Assembly: GCA_963845535.1 (NCBI GenBank)
Contig: CAWJSK010000003.1
Coordinates: 1 to 64,000, forward strand
Direction: 5' to 3'
DNA: 64,000 nt
Origin: an uncultured Spirochaetota bacterium
GTDB lineage: Bacteria > Spirochaetota > Spirochaetia > SZUA-6 > Fen-1364
Shown: positions 58,038 through 64,000 of the stretch, piece after piece
Layout: every line of letters begins with the position of its first letter
How positions within the stretch are numbered: the stretch's first letter is position 1
Program-made: the position numbers and the translations under genes
The notes under the pieces: model-generated
What the model was told of the DNA's origin: nothing
The model's database searches: none
What the model saw: only the letters and a program-made list of their open reading frames with translations

Positions 58038-58044
58038 CCCCTCA

Positions 58045-58794
58045 ATGATCCGGCTCAAGAACGAAAAGGAAATAGCGGGAATCAGGGAATCGGGGCGCCT
58101 CCTGTCGCGGACGCTGGAGGAGCTGAAAAAGCTTGTTGGTGAGGGAATCACCACCCGGGAGCTTGATGCGTTTGCCCGCTCCTCCATTGAAAGCCACGGA
58201 GGCAGGCCATGGTTCCTCGGGTACATGAATTACCCTGCCTCGCTTTGCGTCTCAATCAACAACGAGGTGATCCATGGCATCCCCGGCTCCCGGCGCCTGC
58301 GCGCGGGAGACATCGTGAGCCTGGACCTCGGTGTGGACCTCAACGGCTATTTTTCCGACGCCGCAATCACGCTTCCCGTCGGCGCCATCTCTCGAAAACG
58401 GGAGACCCTGCTTCGGGTGACCCGCGAATGTCTTGCGCTGGCCGTGGAGCAGGCGGTGGCGGGAAACAGGATTGGAGACATCTCCCGCGCGGTCTTCGAT
58501 CACGCCGTGGGGAGATCCTGCGGAGTGGTCCGGGACTATTGCGGCCATGGCGTCGGGTTTGCCCCGCATGAGGACCCCCAGGTGCCGAACTACGTGGGCG
58601 GCGGGCCCAACCCTCGGCTCAAAGAAGGCATGGTGCTTGCCATCGAGCCCATGATCAACTCCGGCACGGGGGACGTCGAGCTGCTGGAGGACGGGTGGAC
58701 GGTCGTGACGGCGGACGGCTCTGATTCCGCTCACTTCGAGCATACCGTGGTCGTCCTCAAGGACCGCATGGAAATTCTCACCCGTTTGGATTAG
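58045..58794 (+). CDS. map: Type I methionine aminopeptidase
   Basis: CVSINNEVIHGIP, DLG..D, GHGVG..HEDP, AIEPM, HFEHT. Confidence 0.97.
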   Translation: MIRLKNEKEIAGIRESGRLLSRTLEELKKLVGEGITTRELDAFARSSIESHGGRPWFLGYMNYPASLCVSINNEVIHGIPGSRRLRAGDIVSLDLGVDLNGYFSDAAITLPVGAISRKRETLLRVTRECLALAVEQAVAGNRIGDISRAVFDHAVGRSCGVVRDYCGHGVGFAPHEDPQVPNYVGGGPNPRLKEGMVLAIEPMINSGTGDVELLEDGWTVVTADGSDSAHFEHTVVVLKDRMEILTRLD

Positions 58795-58806
58795 AATCCG
58801 CCGATC

Positions 58807-59397
58807 ATGCACAAAGAGTTTCTCCCCTACCAGACCGTGCGCAACAACGCCATCAGGCTGGCGGACCGCATCAACCGGGAAGGGTTCGTTCCCGACGTCA
58901 TCTATGTCTCGCTTCGCGGCGGGGCATACATGGGAAACGTCATCAGCGAGTATTTCAAGATCATGCGCAGGGACAAACGCCCCGTGTACTACGCGGCAGT
59001 CGTTGCCCGTTCCTATCGGGATATCGGCGCCCAGGACAAGGTGAGAGTTGACGGGTGGACGTACAATCCCGCGTACCTGCGAAGCGGGGACAAGGTGCTG
59101 CTGGTGGATGACATCTTCGATTCAGGCCGAACGGTGAACCACCTCGTGGAAATCATCATGGAGCAGGGCATCCCCCGCCAGGACGTGCGCGTGGCCGTCC
59201 ATGACTACAAGATCCGCAGGTACGTGACGAAGCAGCTTCCCGTCCAGCCCGACTACTGGTGCAGGTTCCACGAGCTTGCCACAGCGGAAGACGACTTCTG
59301 GATCCACTACATGAGCCACGAGCTGGTCGGGCTGACGGAAGCGGAGAAAAAAGAGCACTACTTCAGGGAGGACTCCGAGCTCACCGGAGTGATCTGA
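58807..59397 (+). CDS. Phosphoribosyltransferase family protein
   Basis: LRGG, VLLVDDIFDSGRT. Confidence 0.9.
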   Translation: MHKEFLPYQTVRNNAIRLADRINREGFVPDVIYVSLRGGAYMGNVISEYFKIMRRDKRPVYYAAVVARSYRDIGAQDKVRVDGWTYNPAYLRSGDKVLLVDDIFDSGRTVNHLVEIIMEQGIPRQDVRVAVHDYKIRRYVTKQLPVQPDYWCRFHELATAEDDFWIHYMSHELVGLTEAEKKEHYFREDSELTGVI

Positions 59398-59405
59398 GGG
59401 CCGCT

Positions 59406-60602
59406 TTACTCCTGGGTCCAGGTGTTGCTGTCGAAAACTCCGTTGGGCTGCACGGGGCTCGTCACCCAGAGCCCGTTGTTGACCGTTCCCATGGCGACAA
59501 TGTTGTTGGTTATGTCGACAATGATCCGCCTGATGGCTGACGCATAGAGACTGTAGGAAAGGCCGTTGAACCTCTGGAGCGTAATGGACGCCGGCTGGAA
59601 GTAAAAGAAGCCGAACGCGCCCCCGTATCCCGAATCCCCGCCGGCAAGATAGGTCGTATGACCTGAATCCACAGGTCCAGCGACACAGAGGAATCCGGCA
59701 TTGTAACTGGTGCCTGCGTTTGACGTTGCCTCGCTCCAGGTGCCGCCGCCGTTGACTGAGTAGAAGAGTCCTCCAACGCCCGTTGTTTGCGTGGTTTGAT
59801 TCGATGACGGAACGACAACGAGCGTGCCGCCGCCGCCGTAGGAAGGATCAACATAAATCCCTTGAAGGATGTCGCTTGAACCGGCGGGAAACGAAGGGAC
59901 TGCTGCAAATGATATGCTTGGATAAAGCCCGGAGGACTGGTAAAGCGTATTGCCGCAAGTCGCGTAATATGTTGTGCCGACCAACGCGACTCCCGTGATC
60001 GGCTTGGTGCTGCTGGTCAGGCCTGTGTAGGTCCAACCGGTGGGGGGATTCACACCGGAGCCGGTCACGGCGGTATCCAACCAATACACGGGATTCCCGT
60101 TCGACAACTGTTCAACGACCACAAAGAGATGACCATCGTTGGACGGGACTCCGAGGTAGGTGATCTGCATATTGGGATGAATGGGATCCGTTACAAGGTT
60201 CCATGTATTGCTGCCGGGAGTCGACAAATACAGGCCGAATGTGGATCCGTCAGGAGAGAAAAACCCGGCCCAAAGCTGGTTGTTCAAGCCGTCGTACGTC
60301 AGCGTGTTGCAGATCATGTTATTGGGGGTCGAAATTGCAGACCAGTTGGTCGATCCATTCGACACAGTGCCGTTGTAAATCTTGCCCGCAGACACATAGT
60401 ACGGCGCAGAGGCGTTGCCGGGCACCAAGCTGTTCGTCACGTTGACCATGTCCGAGACTGTGATGTCGAGCGGAATGCTCGAGCTCGTGGTCGTCTTGGT
60501 TGTCTTCTGGATGTTCGTGTAGATCAGGCTGCCGTTCGCCGTGCAGGACGCAAATGCTGCCGCCCCGATTGCCGCTATGAGAAGGCGGGAGAATGCTTTC
60601 AT
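59406..60602 (-). CDS. Ser/Thr/Gly/Asn-rich lipoprotein, probable beta-propeller
   Basis: Lipobox FASC; Asp-box-like YSVNGGGTW. Confidence 0.75.
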   Translation of the reverse strand: MKAFSRLLIAAIGAAAFASCTANGSLIYTNIQKTTKTTTSSSIPLDITVSDMVNVTNSLVPGNASAPYYVSAGKIYNGTVSNGSTNWSAISTPNNMICNTLTYDGLNNQLWAGFFSPDGSTFGLYLSTPGSNTWNLVTDPIHPNMQITYLGVPSNDGHLFVVVEQLSNGNPVYWLDTAVTGSGVNPPTGWTYTGLTSSTKPITGVALVGTTYYATCGNTLYQSSGLYPSISFAAVPSFPAGSSDILQGIYVDPSYGGGGTLVVVPSSNQTTQTTGVGGLFYSVNGGGTWSEATSNAGTSYNAGFLCVAGPVDSGHTTYLAGGDSGYGGAFGFFYFQPASITLQRFNGLSYSLYASAIRRIIVDITNNIVAMGTVNNGLWVTSPVQPNGVFDSNTWTQE

Positions 60603-60624
60603 TCGAAAAGCTGCAAAGACGGCT

Positions 60625-61215
60625 CTAATAATGGTACAACGCACTGATTGAAACCTCCAGGAAGTTGCCGGCAACGAAACCGTTGCTTGACGTGTTTGTG
60701 AACTGCATGTCCCACCAGTAGTTCAGGTTCAATCCAAAAGACCATGATGAATTGTATGCCCAGAATATCCCGGTTCCGGGCTTCAGGAGCAGGTCTATGG
60801 TCGAGTCAGCGCTATATTTCACGATATTCATGCCGGCGCCGAAAGTCAAAGGAATCTCCAGCGGGTAGAACTCGAAGAGGTAGGAAACCTTCGCAATGAT
60901 GGGCACCATCAGAAGAGCAGTGTAGTTCGGATCGAAGGCGAAAGCCCCGCCCAGGGACGCGCCAATGCGCCAGTGCGCTGAGAGGTAAGCCGCCCAGTCA
61001 ATGCTTCCCATGCCGCCAAAAGAAAGATTCAGGCTTCCGACGTTCGGGTTGCCGCCGAGAAGGAAAAGCGGTATGAAAGCGCCCACATTGAGGGAAAGAG
61101 TCTGGTCTCCCAGGGAGTATTGAGAAGGCGCAGAGTCACCCGCGGCAAAAGCCGGCGTGAAAACTCCGAGCGTCAAGGCAGAGGACAAACAAATCATGAG
61201 AAGGCGTCTTTTCAC
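60625..61215 (-). CDS. Small outer-membrane beta-barrel (TP0733/OmpW-like)
   Basis: Signal peptide ending AFA; amphipathic strands; terminal aromatic ALYHY. Confidence 0.75.
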   Translation of the reverse strand: MKRRLLMICLSSALTLGVFTPAFAAGDSAPSQYSLGDQTLSLNVGAFIPLFLLGGNPNVGSLNLSFGGMGSIDWAAYLSAHWRIGASLGGAFAFDPNYTALLMVPIIAKVSYLFEFYPLEIPLTFGAGMNIVKYSADSTIDLLLKPGTGIFWAYNSSWSFGLNLNYWWDMQFTNTSSNGFVAGNFLEVSISALYHY

Positions 61216-61262
61216 TGAACTCTCCCGTGTTGCAAGGAACGTAGCACGCTCGCGCTCCTTGT

Positions 61263-62117
61263 TCAAGTTTCCTGGCCGTCTTCAATGTCGAGGACGAGCC
61301 TTCGGATGGGGCCATCGACGGTCAGCTCAATGCTGCTCTGGCTGTCGACGCCTGACGGGGTGACCAGGGACCCGTCCTCCCTTTTTTCAAAATCCCCCTG
61401 AGGATAGTCTACCTTGCAGAACGGGTTGAGGAGGCGCACCCATGTGAACACTCCGGAGGGCAGGATCAGGGAAAGGTCCCCGCTTGCGCAGTAGATCTGC
61501 CCCGTCATCTTCTTCTTCGGAGTCCCGAAAAAGATCTCCTGCGTCCCGGAGTCCGTGGACAGCTCCATGGTCTCCACGTTCAACTCCCTCAGGTCCATGT
61601 GAAGGTCAGCCGCGTGGAGCTGAAAGGAAAGAGAGAGGGGCAGGGACTTGCACAACTCGAGCCTCCACGCATTCTGGAGCTGGAAATAAGACGGGAAAAG
61701 AGGCTGGCTCATCGCAATAGAGAGCTCCTCGAGCCCTCCGACCGTCTCCTGGGAGATCTGAGGCGGGATGGCGGGTCCGGCGTGCTCGGTGACGAGAACA
61801 GGCTCCCCTTTGGCGGCGCCGAGCGCCAGTCTTCCGTACGAGTACTGCAGCTTGCAGGAAAGCTCGCGCGAGACTTTCTCGATATGGATGGGGAACTTCC
61901 GGGTTGTGGTGCTCGAAGCCCGGGTGAACCTGCGCTTCTTTACCGAGTCCACGACGAGCATGATGCCTGCAAGGACAAGCAGGACCGGCCACAGGTTCAA
62001 CGCCACCGACAGCTCGCCGGTGGAGATGAACTGCAGGTTGTAGCCCAGGAGGAAGAGACCGAGGACGAGGGAGAAGACGGACACAAGAAGCGAGATGCGC
62101 TTGGCGAGTGGATGCAT
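61263..62117 (-). CDS. LiaF/DUF5668-like membrane protein with beta-rich C-terminal domain
   Basis: GLFLLGYN..LWPVLLVLAGI motif. Confidence 0.65.
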   Translation of the reverse strand: MHPLAKRISLLVSVFSLVLGLFLLGYNLQFISTGELSVALNLWPVLLVLAGIMLVVDSVKKRRFTRASSTTTRKFPIHIEKVSRELSCKLQYSYGRLALGAAKGEPVLVTEHAGPAIPPQISQETVGGLEELSIAMSQPLFPSYFQLQNAWRLELCKSLPLSLSFQLHAADLHMDLRELNVETMELSTDSGTQEIFFGTPKKKMTGQIYCASGDLSLILPSGVFTWVRLLNPFCKVDYPQGDFEKREDGSLVTPSGVDSQSSIELTVDGPIRRLVLDIEDGQET

Positions 62118-62234
62118 CATGGCTATTCTGCGGATTTTCGCGCCGCAATGTCAACTCGCGGAACGGCAACGGCGCTTCAGTAGACAGCCTCCGCCGCCCG
62201 CTGGTACATTGGAGGTGATCATGGAGGCAACGCT

Positions 62235-62597
62235 GTGAGTGATATCGTTCCAAGGAATCAAGTGGCAAAGCAGGGCACATTTGGCGTCCTGGCAACAGGC
62301 GGCGGCATCGCGCTCCTGATCCTGGCAGGCGGCGGATTGTTCGGAACCATTGCGGGTGGTGTGCTCCTTGTTGCCGGTCTTGCTCTGAGCGGCTCAAAGT
62401 CAGACAAGGCCTTGGGAGTTGTCACAGCCATCGTGGGCGCGGCTGCATTGGCCACCGGGCTTCTCAGTCACATCCCGGTGCTCTCGTGGTTCGTGAGGGC
62501 GGCGGATCTTGTCATGAGGGCCGGCGGCGTGGTTCTTATCGGAACGGGTATCTACTCCCTCATCCGCTTTTTCAGCAACCTCAGAAAACGCAGCTAG
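62235..62597 (+). CDS. Small Gly-rich membrane protein
   Basis: GGAGG RBS; about four hydrophobic helices. Confidence 0.75.
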   Translation: MSDIVPRNQVAKQGTFGVLATGGGIALLILAGGGLFGTIAGGVLLVAGLALSGSKSDKALGVVTAIVGAAALATGLLSHIPVLSWFVRAADLVMRAGGVVLIGTGIYSLIRFFSNLRKRS

Positions 62598-62676
62598 ACC
62601 GCATCGGGCGAAACTACCGTTTCCTTTCGGGCTGCACGGCTCACCGAGCGCGGTCCGCAAACCGATATTGGAAGTG

Positions 62677-63921
62677 ATGCGGCTGCTCAGCGCCTTCGTT
62701 GTCTTTCTCCTCTGCGCTTTTTCCGCGCGCGCCCTTGGAGGAGACCAGACCCTGCAGGAGGCCAGGCTCGACCTGATGGGCGCCGACTCCGAGGGCGCGG
62801 CCGGCATGTATGCCTCCTGGCTGGAAGCAAACCTGACCTCGGCAGAAGCTCCGGTGATATTCAACCGATATTTTTCGCTCGAGCAGAACCTCCCTTTGCT
62901 CATGGAGGCCGGGAAGAAGTTCCTGGCGGGCGCGCAGAAAGGCGCCGGCCTTTCCGCGACCATGGCGCGGATTGCGCGGCTTTTCGAAGTGGCGGGCAAA
63001 GCTGAAGATGCCCGTGACGCGTACCTCTCGGCGTTCGCGCGCGGGGAGACCTCCGCCTTGGAGTCCGCATTTCTTGTTTCACTCGAGATGAACGATGTGA
63101 ATGCGCTCCAATCCGCTCTTTCCGAAATGAAGAATGCTGCCGGTGAGAAGTTGGAGCTTCTGGCCGCGTGCATCGCTTTTCAGAAAGGCGACATCGGTCC
63201 CGCGGAGGCATCCCTCATCCGAATCGCGAGCACGGCAAACGATCAATCCGTGTGCCTCAGGGCGCTTTGGATGAGCTATGAGGCGGCCGTACGCTGTGGT
63301 GATTCCTCAAGCCGACAGCAAGCGGTCAAGCTTCTTGGAGAACGTTTTCCGCGCTCTCCTGAATACGCAATTGTCGTTTCGGATGCACCTGCAACAAGGC
63401 CGAGGACCGGTCCCGGCGTTACGCTTCTAGCGCTGCCCGGCAGCTTTTTGATCGAACAGCCGGCAGCCGGACAGCAACCCGCGCAGATGGCGCAGCCCGG
63501 GCAGGCAGCGCAGCCCATCCCCGACCAGAAGCCTCCGGTGACTTTGGACGTCCCCGGCGCGGAATCCCCGCGGCCCCCGGAGTCTCCGCCGCAGAGCGCA
63601 TCGCCCAACTCTCCTCGTCGGACGCTGTCTGTCCAGGCGGGATCCTTTCAGATGAAAGAGAACGCCGATGACCTGATTGGGGAGCTGACGCGAAAAGGGT
63701 TCTCGCCGACTCTTCGCATCGACGCGCTCTCCGGGAAACCCCTCTACCGAGTTTTTGCAGGCAAAGGGCTTTCCGTGGAAGAGGCCCGCGTCCTTTTGGA
63801 CCGGCTCCACCAGGCGGGATTCAGCGGATATCTCCTGAGCGACTCGGAGATCAATCCCCGGGCGCCAGGGACGTCGGGCAGCGGCCCAGAGGCGCTTGCG
63901 CCAGACGCTACCGGGCCTTGA
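62677..63921 (+). CDS. Secreted SPOR-domain protein
   Basis: Signal peptide; Pro/Gln linker; VQAGSFQMKENA..YRVFAG. Confidence 0.85.
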   Translation: MRLLSAFVVFLLCAFSARALGGDQTLQEARLDLMGADSEGAAGMYASWLEANLTSAEAPVIFNRYFSLEQNLPLLMEAGKKFLAGAQKGAGLSATMARIARLFEVAGKAEDARDAYLSAFARGETSALESAFLVSLEMNDVNALQSALSEMKNAAGEKLELLAACIAFQKGDIGPAEASLIRIASTANDQSVCLRALWMSYEAAVRCGDSSSRQQAVKLLGERFPRSPEYAIVVSDAPATRPRTGPGVTLLALPGSFLIEQPAAGQQPAQMAQPGQAAQPIPDQKPPVTLDVPGAESPRPPESPPQSASPNSPRRTLSVQAGSFQMKENADDLIGELTRKGFSPTLRIDALSGKPLYRVFAGKGLSVEEARVLLDRLHQAGFSGYLLSDSEINPRAPGTSGSGPEALAPDATGP

Positions 63922-64000
63922 GGTCCAGCTCCTGCTCCAGAGAAATGGCGTCTCCCGCCGCGTCCTCGTAGCCGTCCACCGTCAGCTGCACGGGAGAAAG
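63908..64000 (-). CDS. C-terminal end of an unidentified gene running off the window
   Basis: Open frame LSPVQLTVDGYEDAAGDAISLEQELDLKAR-stop with genome-typical codon usage. Confidence 0.5.
   Translation of the reverse strand, partial: LSPVQLTVDGYEDAAGDAISLEQELDLKAR

Noticed and set aside
59406..61215. Visibly lower-GC stretch as a horizontally acquired island
   Set aside because: Explained by Asn/Thr/Ser/aromatic-rich envelope proteins; no mobility genes or flanking repeats

Overview
High-GC bacterial chromosome segment, most likely from a Spirochaetota genome (inferred from a TP0733-like outer-membrane barrel, a spirochaete-type LptD, the pgk-tpiA-secG-EIIA-V/A-ATPase-USP block and a bactofilin). 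The first ~17.6 kb is a redox-rich accessory region. It holds a retropepsin-like protease and a group 3d NAD-reducing [NiFe]-hydrogenase operon (hoxFUYH) whose maturation protease HoxW is fused in frame to an intact receiver domain. It also holds an OmpA-family lipoprotein, an RND remnant, a hybrid sensor kinase, PduO plus an FNR-like reductase, SMUG1, and a menA-like / Ndh2-DoxX / hepT-like cluster resembling the core of the Listeria flavin-based extracellular electron transfer locus. The Ndh2-DoxX carries a 4-Cys insert and a predicted periplasmic Ala-rich loop with four tandem SGAS motifs, which are candidate flavinylation sites; this is the top candidate for an undescribed system. The rest is mostly housekeeping (yggS, rluD-like, murI, rsgA, mutS2, uvrA, lptD, phoH, 7TM-HD, a frameshifted ybeY, pgk, tpiA, secG, V/A-ATPase, surA-like, nusB, map), plus a HEPN-like gene and several apparently leaderless promoters. 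No rRNA, tRNA, CRISPR array, transposase or integrase was recognised. All calls are from visual motif recognition, without database searches.
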